Below, in pieces: positions 44,267 to 56,019 of a DNA stretch of 64,000 nucleotides (the stretch's first letter is position 1; every line of letters starts with the position of its first letter). The stretch covers positions 64,001 through 128,000 of the forward strand of contig CAWJTV010000001.1 of assembly GCA_963845755.1 (NCBI GenBank), read 5' to 3'. Below the pieces are notes generated by a model that worked only from the letters and a program-made list of their open reading frames with translations, was not told the DNA's origin and searched no databases. The position numbers were made by a program, and so were the translations under genes. Source of the stretch: an uncultured Planctomycetota bacterium (GTDB taxonomy: Bacteria > Planctomycetota > Planctomycetia > Isosphaerales > Isosphaeraceae).

Positions 44267-45007
44267 ATGGCCGCGGAATATGACGATATCGTCCGTCAGT
44301 ACCGGCGCTCCAAGGAGATGCCCTACCGCATCTTCAGCGAGATCCCCGATCATCTCGAGCTGCTGGGCGAGCTGCGCGGCCGTTCGGTCCTGGACCTGGC
44401 CTGCGGCGAAGGCTTCTACACCCGCTTGATCAAGAAAGCGGGCGCCGATCGGGTGGTCGGTGTTGACCTGTCGGGTCAGATGATCGCGATGGCGCGCGAG
44501 CAGGAAGCCGACCAACCCCTGGGGATCCTGTATCACGCCGAGCCCGCGGAAGCGATGGAACCCATGGAACCGTTCGACGTCGTCTCGGCGGCATTCTTGC
44601 TGAGCTGCGCCCCGACGCGATCGAGCCAGGGCGCCATGGCCCGCACGATCTTCGCGAACCTCGTTCCCGGCGGCCGTCTGGTCGCGACCATCAGCAATAT
44701 CTGGCGATGGCCGGGCGTGGATTACACACCCTACGCGCTCGCCTGCGACGCGACCCGGCCCCTCGACGACGGCGAGCCCTACCACGTCACCTTCTTGCTC
44801 GGCGACGACTCCTTCACGATCGAAGACTTCGCCTATTCTCATGCGACCCACGCAGCCGCGCTCGGCGCGGCCGGCCTGACGAACATCCAATGGCATCCGC
44901 CTCGGGTGACCGACGAAGGACTCGCCGCGTTCGGGCCGGAGTTCTGGCACGTCTACCTGAGCTATCCCCCGATCCTGCGACTCTCGGCCGAACGACCGGT
45001 GGGGTGA
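44267..45007 (+). CDS. class I SAM-dependent methyltransferase
   Basis: VLDLACGEG, VGVDLS, FDVV and LVPGG motifs; AAGGAG RBS. Confidence 0.9.
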   Translation: MAAEYDDIVRQYRRSKEMPYRIFSEIPDHLELLGELRGRSVLDLACGEGFYTRLIKKAGADRVVGVDLSGQMIAMAREQEADQPLGILYHAEPAEAMEPMEPFDVVSAAFLLSCAPTRSSQGAMARTIFANLVPGGRLVATISNIWRWPGVDYTPYALACDATRPLDDGEPYHVTFLLGDDSFTIEDFAYSHATHAAALGAAGLTNIQWHPPRVTDEGLAAFGPEFWHVYLSYPPILRLSAERPVG

Positions 45008-45173
45008 TCGACTGCGCAGCGGCTGTGCAACGCGTGGGTGTCAAACGTCTTCCCTCTGGGAGGCAAGTTCTTGCTCGATCTCGGTCTCAACCTCTTCGGA
45101 ATGGCGCACGAGGGATGGGCGGGTACAATGGTCCTGGTAGTGATGCGTGAGGGACCGTGCCCGGGAGGAAACG

Positions 45174-45497
45174 ATGATGAATACGATCCCCGACAACAAG
45201 ACGCTTACAGGAACCTGGAAGGACGGCCAGGTTATCCTTGACGGTCCGGCCGACTGGCCCGAGGGGAGCAAGCTGCAAGTGGCCGCGATCGCTCAGCCGA
45301 CGGAACTCATCGGCATTCCGGATGACCAGTGGCCCAGGGATCCCCAGGGAATCGCCGAACTCTTGGAGCGAATGGATCAAATCGAGCCGTTTGTGATGAC
45401 ACCCGAAGAAGAGGCGGACTGGCTCGCCTGGAGACAGAAGGTTAAAGAGCACGAGCTGGCCCAGTTTGACAAGCGAATCGAAGGGCTCTTCGAATGA
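45174..45497 (+). CDS. putative antitoxin
   Basis: TGTWKDGQVILDGPADWPEGSKL N-terminus and acidic tail; ATGA overlap with the PIN gene. Confidence 0.7.
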   Translation: MMNTIPDNKTLTGTWKDGQVILDGPADWPEGSKLQVAAIAQPTELIGIPDDQWPRDPQGIAELLERMDQIEPFVMTPEEEADWLAWRQKVKEHELAQFDKRIEGLFE

Positions 45498-45905
45498 GCC
45501 GCTATTTGTTCGACACCGGCATCGCCAGCGATTACATCAATCGCCGCAAGGGGGTCTTCGAGCGAGCACGCGAGGCGGTGGCGCGCGGCCATCAGATCGG
45601 AATCGGCACGCCCGTATTGGGTGAGTTGTGCGATGGCGTCGAAGCCAGTGCGACCCGAGAGCGAAACCGCCATTCGCTCAAACGGGCGGTGTCGACCTGG
45701 ACCATCTGGCCATTCGATCACGTGGCGGCTGAGGAGTATGGCCGCATCGCCGCCACGCTGCGCCGAATCGGTCGTCCGATGCAATCCGTTGAACATCCAG
45801 ATCGCCGCCATCGCTCTCTGTCTGGGCAACTGTACCGTGGTCAGCAAGGACGGCGACCTGTCGGCCGTGCCTGGTCTGAACGTCGAGAACTGGGCGACAC
45901 CCTGA
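45494..45905 (+). CDS. vapC: PIN-domain (VapC family) toxin; frameshift near 45790
   Basis: YLFDT, PVLGEL, PFD...AEEYGRI, IQIAAIAL, VSKDGDL and VENW motifs. Confidence 0.85.
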
Positions 45906-45927
45906 GTCGAGGTTTCATCGACCAAGC

Positions 45928-48720
45928 CTACCGTCTTTGTGGAATCACCTTCAGATCGCCCAGGTCTTTGACTTCGCCGGGCGCGACGGTCACGCCGCGG
46001 AATAGCTCGCCCTGCTCCATCCGATTTGAGGCGGACGCCCCATACTCGAGTCCGGGCACCAGCCGCTCGACGCGGAACCGGCCGTCGCCGCCGACCCACA
46101 CGTCATCCGGCAGGATGCCCATCACGTCGCTCCCATCAATACTGTTGATTTCCAGGCCCTTGCGCGGCTGCCCCTCGTCATCGACCACGCGACCAGTGAT
46201 CGTGCCCCAGGGCTGGAGTCGGAGGGTCAAAGGTCCGGCCTCGTTTCCCTTGAGATAAACCGTGCCGATGAGCCTCCGGCCGGCGTGAGTGACGATCACG
46301 CGCCGGGGCTTCGACGGGTCGAGGGCGTGGATCGCGATCGTGGGCGATTCCTGCTCGTATTCGAGGAAATTCGAATGCAGGTCGGTGACGCCCTTCACTC
46401 TTGTGCCGCCGATCGGCCGGCCTTCGGGATCGACGACGTTGACCGTGAGCGATCGACCGGGGTCGAGCTGAAGGTCCAGCGTCGCCGACTCAGCCTTGGA
46501 ATCGATGTCGATCTCGGCCAGGACGTGGTAGTACTGCGGATCAAATCCTGGGATCTTCTCCCCTGGGATCTTCTCGCCACCGACGGCCTCCCGATAGCGG
46601 CGCATCTCGGACCGGCAGGCGATGAGGTTGCGGCCCGTCAAGCCGACGACCTCAAACCGGCCATCATCCTTGATGTAGGCTTCGGTGCCGCTGTAGCCGG
46701 GAAAATCCGCGATCGCGGGATTGTCGCGGAAGGTGAAGGCCTCGATGTAGCCCGGCGCCGGTTGACCGGTCGCCTTGTCGGTGACCCGGCCACGGATCAC
46801 AACGCCTCGCTTCAACGCAATGTCGAACGTGACCGGCTCGAGCATGGGCGAACGGGCCGGGACGCCGAAGGAAACCTTGGGGTAGAGCTTCCCCTCAGCC
46901 TGTTCGATATTCAATCGATAGGCGGAAGCCTGGGGTAGTCCGATCAGGCGATACCGGCCCTGGGCATCGGTCGTCGCCCCGATGTCCTGGAAGAGGGAGG
47001 CTCCCTCTCTCGTCGGGACCGCCGCGTGGAGTCTCAACCCGGCAATGGGCTGGCCGGTGTCCTTGTCACGGACGACCCCCTCGACGGGTTTTGTCGGCGC
47101 CGCGGAGTATTCGAAGCGACGGGAGTGGATGACCTGCGGCAATGAATTGGAATTGCCCATCGCCGGGCTGGCAATCCGGACATCAGCTCCGTCGCGGTTC
47201 ATGGCAAAGACCGCGGTCGTGGCGATCGTCGGGCCCGAGATGGAGAGCCAGGCGATCCGCTCGTGGCCGAGCCCGGTCAGTTGGAACCGGCCGTCGGGGC
47301 CGGTCTTCGTGGAAGTGGTGGCTTTTCGCTTCAAGTAGTACGCGTGGTGGAACAATAGGCTCGATCTCCCACGCTCCTTGATCTGCATGAGCCAAGCGGT
47401 CAGGTCGCTTCTTTCGGAGAAGAAGAGAGCCACGACCTTGACCTGGGCGCCCGCAACGGGTCGTCCTTCCAGGTCGACGATCCGCCCCTCGATCGGCGGG
47501 CCATCCTCAGCCAGCCGAATCGTCAGCTCGCCCGAGGTGGCGGCTTTGAAGGCATTCCGAACGAAGCCCGGTCCGAACCCCGGCGCCGTGGCGACGATCT
47601 CCACGAGCCGGTCCTCGCCGTTGAGCAGACGAGTCCAGGACCACTGGGGAATTTGCATGAGGAATCGGCCGTCCGGCCCGCTGGTTGCGACTCCATCCGG
47701 ATAGAGGTACGCCGTTCGCACGTCCGCGCCCGGGACGGGCTTACCGTCGGGTGCGACGATGCGGCCCCGCAACTCGACGATCCCAGTCCAGGCGACGGCC
47801 TTGTCGTTGGCTGCGGTCTGCGGCTGTTGAGCGGCGACCGGCGCGTTCAAGGTGAGTTCCGGTTCATCGGGTCGGCCCGCTCCGATCGCCAACACCCCGG
47901 CCGAGGCGATTCCGACCGCCGCGATCGCGGCGGTCGCGGCGATCTTCCGCTTGGTCACGAGCATGCTTCGGATGATGGCCTGAGCGAGCGCACCAGCCGC
48001 CATCGAGCTAGCTCCGTCCGTCGCCGCTGCGACCGCCACCTTCGCCCACGCCACCGGGACCGATGCCCTGACTTCGGTCGCAGCCATCGCAACGCCCAGT
48101 GCTGCACCGGTCAGGCCGCGGCGAGTCAGACGATCGCGCAGCCGCTGCCGAGCCTTCGCCAGTTGACAGCGGAGGGCCGGCACAGTCCATCGCAGCCGTC
48201 CGGCGGCCTGCTCGTAGGTCAGGCCCTCCAGGTCGCAGAGCACCACTGGCAGACGTTGACGATCCGGCAGCCGGTCGATCTCCTCGTGCACGATCGCACG
48301 GACGTCGGGTTCGAGCCCGAAGTCCATGCGGGACGGGATCGTCATCGCCATCGCCAGGGCTCCCGATTCGCGCCGGTGTCTCTGGATCGCCGTGGCGCTC
48401 GCCTCCATCGCAACACGATACGCCACCCGGTGCAGCCAACCGCCCAGGGCCTCACCGGCGCGGACCGATGTTGCTTTGCCGGCCAGGACGAGGAAGGTGG
48501 CCTGGAACGCGTCCTCGACGTCATGCTCGTGCCGCAGGATGGCCCGGCAGGTGGAAAGGACCATCGGGCCGTGCCGCGCCACCAATGCGGCGAAAGCAGG
48601 TCCGTCGTTCGAAGCCGCGTAGCGGGCCAGGAGCTGGGCATCGCTCAGGCCGACGGCAGTCCCGTCGCAGAAGAGTTCGGCGAGGTCGCGCAGGGCCGCC
48701 CCCATTGTGCCGATTGCCAT
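45928..48720 (-). CDS. ECF sigma-70 factor with TM helix and carboxypeptidase-regulatory-like repeats (copy 1)
   Basis: LVARHGPMV, EDAFQATFLVL, WLHRVA and LCDLEGLTYEQAA motifs; repeated GRVVDxEGxPVAGA / TDxxGRF units. Confidence 0.92.
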   Translation of the reverse strand: MAIGTMGAALRDLAELFCDGTAVGLSDAQLLARYAASNDGPAFAALVARHGPMVLSTCRAILRHEHDVEDAFQATFLVLAGKATSVRAGEALGGWLHRVAYRVAMEASATAIQRHRRESGALAMAMTIPSRMDFGLEPDVRAIVHEEIDRLPDRQRLPVVLCDLEGLTYEQAAGRLRWTVPALRCQLAKARQRLRDRLTRRGLTGAALGVAMAATEVRASVPVAWAKVAVAAATDGASSMAAGALAQAIIRSMLVTKRKIAATAAIAAVGIASAGVLAIGAGRPDEPELTLNAPVAAQQPQTAANDKAVAWTGIVELRGRIVAPDGKPVPGADVRTAYLYPDGVATSGPDGRFLMQIPQWSWTRLLNGEDRLVEIVATAPGFGPGFVRNAFKAATSGELTIRLAEDGPPIEGRIVDLEGRPVAGAQVKVVALFFSERSDLTAWLMQIKERGRSSLLFHHAYYLKRKATTSTKTGPDGRFQLTGLGHERIAWLSISGPTIATTAVFAMNRDGADVRIASPAMGNSNSLPQVIHSRRFEYSAAPTKPVEGVVRDKDTGQPIAGLRLHAAVPTREGASLFQDIGATTDAQGRYRLIGLPQASAYRLNIEQAEGKLYPKVSFGVPARSPMLEPVTFDIALKRGVVIRGRVTDKATGQPAPGYIEAFTFRDNPAIADFPGYSGTEAYIKDDGRFEVVGLTGRNLIACRSEMRRYREAVGGEKIPGEKIPGFDPQYYHVLAEIDIDSKAESATLDLQLDPGRSLTVNVVDPEGRPIGGTRVKGVTDLHSNFLEYEQESPTIAIHALDPSKPRRVIVTHAGRRLIGTVYLKGNEAGPLTLRLQPWGTITGRVVDDEGQPRKGLEINSIDGSDVMGILPDDVWVGGDGRFRVERLVPGLEYGASASNRMEQGELFRGVTVAPGEVKDLGDLKVIPQRR

Positions 48721-48764
48721 GATTCCACCGCTCCTAAGAGTACCCGGTCACAGCCTCTATAGAT

Positions 48765-48793
48765 TAAGAGGGACCGGCTTGTCGCGGTATCTC
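48765..48793 (-). promoter_or_regulatory. putative ECF promoter GAGATA-N17-CTCTTA
   Basis: Same spacing and position upstream of all three ECF genes. Confidence 0.65.
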
Positions 48794-48852
48794 TATCTTT
48801 CTGAAGAAGCGAATGGTTCCAGGGTCAGCGGCATTGGGTGTGCGGTCGAGTC

Positions 48853-51730
48853 TTACAGCTCACCATCCCGCTTGAGCGGGATGACCTTGAGGTCGCCCAG
48901 GTCCTTCATCTCGCCAGGTGCGACGGTTACGTCCTGGAACAGCTCGCCGATCTGCGTGATGACCCCGTCCATGACGGATGCCCCATACTTGAGGCCGGGA
49001 ACCAAACCCGTGAACCGGAACCGGCCGTCCGGTCCGATCCAGTCGCCTTCACCCCGGTTTCCGCCCGGCAAGATACCGCGCTCGCGCGCACGGCTCCCGT
49101 CCATCGGCGCTCCAGAGCCCGATGCGGCTGCGCGGCCGGCCCTCGTCGTCGATGACGCGGCCGGTGATCGTGCCCCAGGGCTGGAGCCGGACGGTCAAGG
49201 GACCGGTCTCGTCCCCCTTGACGTAAACCGAGCCGACGAGCTTCCGTGCGGCATGGGTGATCGTCACGCGCCGGGGCTTCGACGGGTCGAGGGCGTGAAT
49301 CTCGATGGTAGGCGATTCCTGGGCGTACTCGGTCGCCGACAGCAACTCGGCGATACCCGCCACCGTTGTCCCGCCGATCGGCTTCCCTTCGGGGTCGACG
49401 GCGGTCAGTGTCAGCGAGCGGCCGGGGTCGACCTGAAGATCCACGGTCGCCGATTCCCTCCTGGGATCAAGGTTGACCGCGCCGAGAACGTGGTAGTTGC
49501 CGACGTGGCACGAATCTGGCCGCGTTTCGAATCGAGCGCGCTGGGGGTCGTACCCCGGAATCGTCAACGCGCCGATGCCGGTCCGATAACGAACGACGTC
49601 CGAGCGACAGGCGATGATCCCACGGCCGGGCGGAGTGACGATTTCGTATCGGCCGTCGTCGTTGAGATAGACGTAGAGTGGCGAGCTCTCCGCGTAGCCG
49701 GGAAAGTCACGGACGTGGGAATTGTCTCGGAAGGTGTAGGCATTCACGAAACCCGACACGGGCCGGCCGGTCCCCTTGTCCGTCACCCGGCCCCGGACCA
49801 CGACGCCGCGCTTCAGGGCGATATCGAAGGTCACGGGCTCCAGCCCGGGCGAACTGGCGGATGCAAGGAGGGTCGCCTTGAGGTAAGGCAGGCCCTCGCC
49901 GGGTTCGACGTACACGCGATAGGTGGAACCCTTGGTCAGGCCGGCCAATCGGTATCGGCCCTGGGTATCGGTCGTCGCCTCGACACCTCGCGCGGGGCGG
50001 TTGACTCCGCTGTCCTTGTTATAAACCGTGGCGCGGAGGTTCATACCAGCGATGGGTTGACCGGTATCCTTGTCGCGTACGACGCCCACGATGGGCTTGA
50101 CCGGCGCGGCGGCGTACTCGAACCGGTGGGCGTGGAAGACGACCGGCGTGGGCTCGGGCCAGCGATCGATGCAATTGGCTTCCGGCCCGTTCCGGCTCAT
50201 CGCATAAAGCACCGTGGTGGCGATCGCCGGCCCCGAGACGAGGAACTCGGCGACCCGCTCGCGGCCGATCCCCGTCAGATGAAACCGGCCGTCGGCATCC
50301 GTCGTGGTGGCGATCGTTGTCGGCAACCGGGTCAGGCCGTCCCAGATGCCCCGGACGGTGCCCTCCTGGTTCTTCTTGATGTGAGTGGACAGGTCGTCGC
50401 TCTCGGCAAACCAGAGACGCTCGACCTCGACCCGAGCACCGGCGACGGGCCGGCCCTCCAGGTCGATGATCCGGCCATCGATCGGCGGGCCGTCCTCCAC
50501 CAGGTGGATCGTCAGTTCGTCCGACGCGCCGGGTTTGTACGGGGCCCTGGCAAGGCCGGGTCCGAACCCCGTTGCGGAAGCCTCGACCCAGGGGGACGCC
50601 GCGCTGCTTTCGGTAAGCAAGCTGGCGAGTCTCGGACTCGGCCGCGCGATTGGCAGCAAGAACCGGCCGTCCGGCCCGCTGGTCACCTGCGATGTAGGGT
50701 GGTTGTCCCACACGGGCTGGAAAGCCCGCACGATTGCTCCCGAGACCGCCTGGCCATCAGGACCGACGACGCGACCGCGCACCTCGATGGTCCCGGCCGG
50801 CTCGGGGGCCTTATCCCTGTCTTCGACCGGCGGTTTCTGGGCCACGGCCGGCGGTTTCATCTCGGGCTTCGGGTCATCCGGCCGCGCCGCGCCGATCACG
50901 ACGACCCCGAGCGTGGTGATTCCGACCATCACCATCGCGGCGGCGGTGACCAACTTCAGCCTGGCTATGAACATTTCCCGGATGATCGCCTGGGCGAGCA
51001 CACCCACTGCCATCGAGCTGGCTCCGCCGGTCGCCGCCGCGACCACCGACTCCTCCAATGCCGTGGGAACCGCCGCGGACGCTCTCGACGACGCGATGGC
51101 AACGCCCAGCGCCGCGCCGGTCACGCCGCGACGGCTGAGGCGATGGCGCAGCCGTTGCCGCGCCCTGACCAGCCGGTGGCGCAGAGTCGGCTCGGTCCAG
51201 TGTAGCCGGCCCGCGGCCTGCTCGTAGGTGAGGCCCTCCAGGTCGCAGAGCACGACCGGCAGCCGCAGGCTCTCCGGCAGCCGGTCGACTTCCTCGTGCA
51301 CGATGGAACTCAGGTCAAGCTCGGGCCCGGGACGGACCGAGTCCGGGATGGTCATCGCCATGTCCGGCATCTCCGACTCGTACCGGCGCCTCCTCCTGGA
51401 CTCGATGTTCGCCTGCACGGCGACGCGATACGCCACCCTGTGTAGCCAGCCGCCCAGCGCATCGCCGGCGCGGATCGAAAAGGCTTTTCTTGCCAGGACG
51501 AGGAAGACGGCCTGGAACGCGTCCTCGACGTCGTGCTCGTGTCGCAGGACGGCCCGGCAGGTGGCCACGACCATCGGACCGTGCCGCGCCACCAGGGCGG
51601 CGAAGGCGGATCCGTCGTTCGAGGTCGCGTACCGGGCCAGGAGCTGGCCGTCGGTCAGGCCGACGGAGCTCCCGCTGCGAAATAGATCGCTCAGTTCCCG
51701 CACGGCCACTCCCATTGCGCCACTCGACAT
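48853..51730 (-). CDS. ECF sigma-70 factor with C-terminal extension (copy 2); frameshift near 49110
   Basis: Paralogous to copy 1 along its full length. Confidence 0.92.
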
Positions 51731-51777
51731 AATTCGACAACTCCCCGGATGCGCCTGGTCGATCCTCTCTACCAGAT

Positions 51778-51806
51778 TAAGAGAGGTCCGATGGTCGGAG
51801 TATCCC
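51778..51806 (-). promoter_or_regulatory. putative ECF promoter GGGATA-N17-CTCTTA
   Basis: Shared upstream motif. Confidence 0.65.
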
Positions 51807-51901
51807 GACTTTTTGGAAAATGTCGGCGGCGGGCGCGGATCGGCGATCGGGCTCATGGGAAGCGTGATAGAAATGCTTACCCTCCGAGAAGCTCGTATGG
51901 A

Positions 51902-54791
51902 TCACTCCTGGCCATTGGGCTTGGGCCGGACCACCTTGAGGTCGCCCAGCTCCTTCATCTCGCCGGGCGCGACGGTCACGTCGAGGAACACATCGCCTTT
52001 GAACATGATCCCTTCCGAGGCGCTCGCGCCATATTTGAGGCCCGGGACGAGGCCCTCGATGCGGAACCGGCCATCGCCGCCTATTTGCGCGTCTGGCAGA
52101 ATGCCGTTCTTGTCGAGACGAACCGGGAGGACGCTGCCGGTGCTGAAGAACCCAAGGCCGTTGAGATCCAAGGTCTTGCGCGGTTTGCCCTCATCGTCGA
52201 GGATCCGGCCGGTGATCGTCCCCCAGAGTTGGAGCCGGACGGTCAAAGGCCCGGTCTCGTCCCCTTTAAGGTAAATCGAGCCCGCGAGCTTTCGCCCGGC
52301 ATGGGTGATCGTCACACGGCGCGGTTTCGACGGATCGAGGGCATGGATTTCGATCGTGGAAGAGTCCTGAGGAGACTCATTCGAATCGAAGCCGTCGCCG
52401 ATGCCCGACGCTTTCGTGCCGTCGATCGGCTTGCCCGCGGGATCGACGACCGTCAGGGACAGCGATCGGCCGGGATCGACCTGGAGATCCAAGGTCGCCG
52501 ACTCAGCCTCGGGGTCGAGGTCGACCGCGGCCACGGCATGGCAGTTGAGGCTGGAGAAATGATGCGGCAGGGTGTCGAAGCCCATGTCGATGCGGTCGTA
52601 TCCCTTGATGCCCTCCGCACCGACACCGATCCGGTATCGGAACCTGTCGGATTGGCAGGCAATGAGGCCACGGCCCGGAAGGGCAACGATCTCATATCGG
52701 CCGTCGTCCTTGATGCGGACGTGGGGCGGGGAGCTCGAGCCATAGCCGGGGAACTCGCCGACCTGGGGATTGTCGCGGAAGGTATAGGCGTTGACGTAGC
52801 CCGGCACCGGCCGGCCCGTCGCCTTGTCGGTCACCCGGCCGCGGACCAGGATGCCCCGCTTCAGCGCGATATCGAATGGGACCGGCTCCAGGCCGGGCGA
52901 GTCGGCCGGGACGCGGAGGGTCGCGTTGAGGTAAGGCTTCCCCTCGCCCGGGCTGACGAAGATGCGGTAGGCCGGCGCCTTGGGCAGGCCGGTGAGTCGA
53001 TAGCGTCCCTGGGCGTCGGTCGTCGTTTCGACGCCAGGTGCCGGGCCGAGGCCGCGTTCGTCGAAGGCCGCAGCTTTGAGTCTCAACCCGGTGAGGGGCC
53101 GGCCCGTGTCCTGGTCGCGAACGACCCCCGCGATCGGCCGGGTCGGCTTGGTGGCGAACTCGAATCGGGGGGCGTGGACGACGAGGGGCACGAGCGTGAG
53201 CCCCCTCCGGTCGTTGAACCGGACCTCGGCCCCATCGCGGCTCATCGCATAGACCTGGGTCGTGGCGATCGTCGGAGCCGCGATGAGGATCTCGGCGACC
53301 CGCTCGCGGCCGATACCGGTCAGGCGGAACCGGCCATCGCGGTCGGTCGTAGCGGTCGAGATCATTGCTGGCAACTGACCCAGGCCATCCCAGTTATTGA
53401 GAAGGGTGCCACGATCCTGGACCGTCGCGATCCAGGCGGACAGGTCGCCGGTCTCGGCGTACGGGTCGCGATCGGTCCTGGCGTACCGGAGACGTTCGAT
53501 CTTGACCCGGGCGCCGGCAACCGGCCGACCCTCCAGATCGACGATCCGGCCCTCGATCGGCGGACCGTCCTCCACGAGCCGGATCGTGAGCTCGCCTGCT
53601 GCGCCGGCCTTGAGAGCGCTCGGAACCCAGCCAGGGCCGAACCCCGGGGCCAAGGCGACCACCCAGGGGAACGCATCGATGCGGGTGCTCCGGGGTGGTC
53701 GCGGGACCCGCATGAGGAACCGGCCGTCCGATGCACTGGTCGCCTCGGGAACGGTGGCGCTCTCCGGATCGAGGTAGGCCGTTCGCACGGCCGCGCCCGG
53801 GACGGGCTTCCCGTCTGGGCCGACGACGCGGCCTCGCACCTCGATCATCTCGCCGGGCGCGACGGCCTTGGACTTGTCCTTGTCGCCGGCTGGCGCCCCG
53901 GGAACGGCGGCCAAGGCGGGCGTCATGCGTTTCTTCGGACCATCGGACCGAGCCGCTCCGATGGCGGCGATCCCGGCCGAGGCGATTCCCACCGCCGTGA
54001 GCGCAGCTACCGCGGCGAACTTCAGCTTGGTCATGAGCATGCCCCTGAGGATCGTCTGAGAGATCGCGACCGCCGCCAACGAACTGGCCCCGCCCGTCGC
54101 TGCCACGACGGCTGACTCCGCCCACGCCGCCGGGACCGCCGCCCTGGCACTGGAAGGCGCGAAGACGACGCCCAGCGCTGCCCCGGTCACGCCGCGACGC
54201 GTCAAGCGATCCCGCAGCCGAAGCCGCGCCTTCGACAGCCGGCAGCGAAGCGCCGGCACGGTCCAATCGAGCCGTGCGGCCGCTTGATCGTAGGACAGCC
54301 CCTCCAGGTCGCAGAGGACGACCGGCAATCGGTGACGATCCGGCAGCCGGTCGATCTCTTCGTGCACGATCGAATCCAGATCGACATCAAGCCCGGGACG
54401 AGTCGTATCCGGGATCTCCATCGCCGAGACCTCCACCTCACGCCGGCGCCTCTGCCGCACCGCGATGTTCGCCTGGACCGCGACGCGATAAGCGACCCGG
54501 TGCAGCCAGCCGCCGAGAGCGTCACCAACGCGCACGGAATTGGCCCTGCGCAAGCACCAGGAAGGTGGCCTGGAAGGCGTCCTCGACGTCGTGATCGTGC
54601 CGCAAGATGGCGCGGCAGGTCGCCAGCACCATCGCGCCATGCCGCGCCACCAGCGCGGCGAAGGCCGGCCCATCTTTTGAGGCCGCATAGCGGGCCAGGA
54701 GCTGGCCGTCAGTCAGGCCGACGGCCGTTCCGCCATTGAAGAGGTCGCGCAGGTGTCGCAAGGCTGTCCCCGATGTCAAGACACTCGCCAT
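51902..54791 (-). CDS. ECF sigma-70 factor with C-terminal extension (copy 3); frameshift near 54550
   Basis: Paralogous to copies 1 and 2; N-terminus is in ORF 54522-54821. Confidence 0.92.
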
Positions 54792-54864
54792 GATTCGCCA
54801 GCTCCACCGGATGGAACGCACGGATCCTTGCCGGGCCAGAGTCCCACGACTCTCCCCAACAGGC

Positions 54865-54893
54865 TATGAGAGGCCAGGCGGCTATTGCATCTC
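54865..54893 (-). promoter_or_regulatory. putative ECF promoter GAGATG-N17-CTCATA
   Basis: Shared upstream motif. Confidence 0.6.
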
Positions 54894-54984
54894 GATTTTT
54901 TCAGGAATTCCCTCCTTCGCGATATCCTTGGCCAGCGCGGGTGACTGGCGGGAGGAAAACCGCGAAGTTCTCCTGGCATTGGTT

Positions 54985-55989
54985 ATGGCGAAACGGAAAC
55001 ATCAACGAAGAACGGCTGACCGTGGTCGGGCGCGACAGGGACCCGCGGCCGACTATGATAGTCGCTGGAAGGAGGCATTGGATCGATACTTCGAGCAGTG
55101 CCTGGCCTTCTACTTCCCGCAGGCTCATGTCGAGATCGACTGGGACCGCGGGTATGAGATGCTGGACAAGGAGCTGCAACCGATCGTCCCTCAGTCGAAA
55201 CAGGGCCGGCGCTACGTTGACAAGCTGGTCAAGGTCTGGCTCAAGAGCGGGGAGGAACGTTGGCTTCTGATCCACATGGAAGTGCAGACCAGGAAGGAGG
55301 GCGACTTTCCCAAGCGGATGTATGTCTACAATCACCGGATCTTCGACCGCTACGATCGCCAGGTGATCAGCCTGGCGATCCTGACCGACGACAATCCCGA
55401 CTGGCGGCCGAGCCAGTACGAGTACGGCCGCTGGGGCTTCCACACCGGCACGACGTTTCCGATGGTCAAGCTCTTGGACTACGCGACGAACGACCAGGCG
55501 CTAGAGGCCCACCCGAACGCGTTCGCCCTGGTGGTGCTGGCCCACCTGAAGACTCTGGAGACGCGGCGTTCGCCGGCCGACCGGCAGGCCTGGAAACTAC
55601 GGCTGGTCAAGAAGCTGTACGAACGCGGGATGGATCGAGGGGATGTACGTCAGTTGTTCCGGTTCATCGACTGGATCATGGAGCTGCCGGAGGAACGGGA
55701 CCGGCTTTTCTGGGAAGCGATCACCACGTACCAGCAGGAGAAGCATATGCCGTTCGTCACGATTGCAGAACGAGTCGGCATGGAGAAGGGCCTACTCAAA
55801 AGTATCGAGGTATCCCTGGAGGTGAAGTTCGGCGCCGAGGGCTTGAAGCTGATGCCGGAGCTCCGTGAGATTCAAGACCACGTCTTGCTGGATAAGGTTC
55901 TTCATGCGATTCGGACAGCGGCCAGCCCGGACGAGCTGCGTCGAGTGTGGTCTCGCAAACGCCGGTCGAAGAAAACGAAGCCAGAGTGA
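54985..55989 (+). CDS. Rpn-like PD-(D/E)XK nuclease / putative transposase family protein
   Basis: DYDSRWKEAL, YVDKLVKV, LIHMEVQ, RMYVYNHRIFDRY, NAFALVVLAHL and FRFIDWIMELP segments. Confidence 0.8.
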   Translation: MAKRKHQRRTADRGRARQGPAADYDSRWKEALDRYFEQCLAFYFPQAHVEIDWDRGYEMLDKELQPIVPQSKQGRRYVDKLVKVWLKSGEERWLLIHMEVQTRKEGDFPKRMYVYNHRIFDRYDRQVISLAILTDDNPDWRPSQYEYGRWGFHTGTTFPMVKLLDYATNDQALEAHPNAFALVVLAHLKTLETRRSPADRQAWKLRLVKKLYERGMDRGDVRQLFRFIDWIMELPEERDRLFWEAITTYQQEKHMPFVTIAERVGMEKGLLKSIEVSLEVKFGAEGLKLMPELREIQDHVLLDKVLHAIRTAASPDELRRVWSRKRRSKKTKPE

Positions 55990-56019
55990 TCGTCGCGAGG
56001 ACACCACAACGGTCAAGGA

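Noticed and set aside
48707..54115. Long plus-strand ORFs (832 and 788 aa), and similar ones such as 60824-63232 and 5403-7196
   Set aside because: Antisense shadows of real high-GC genes
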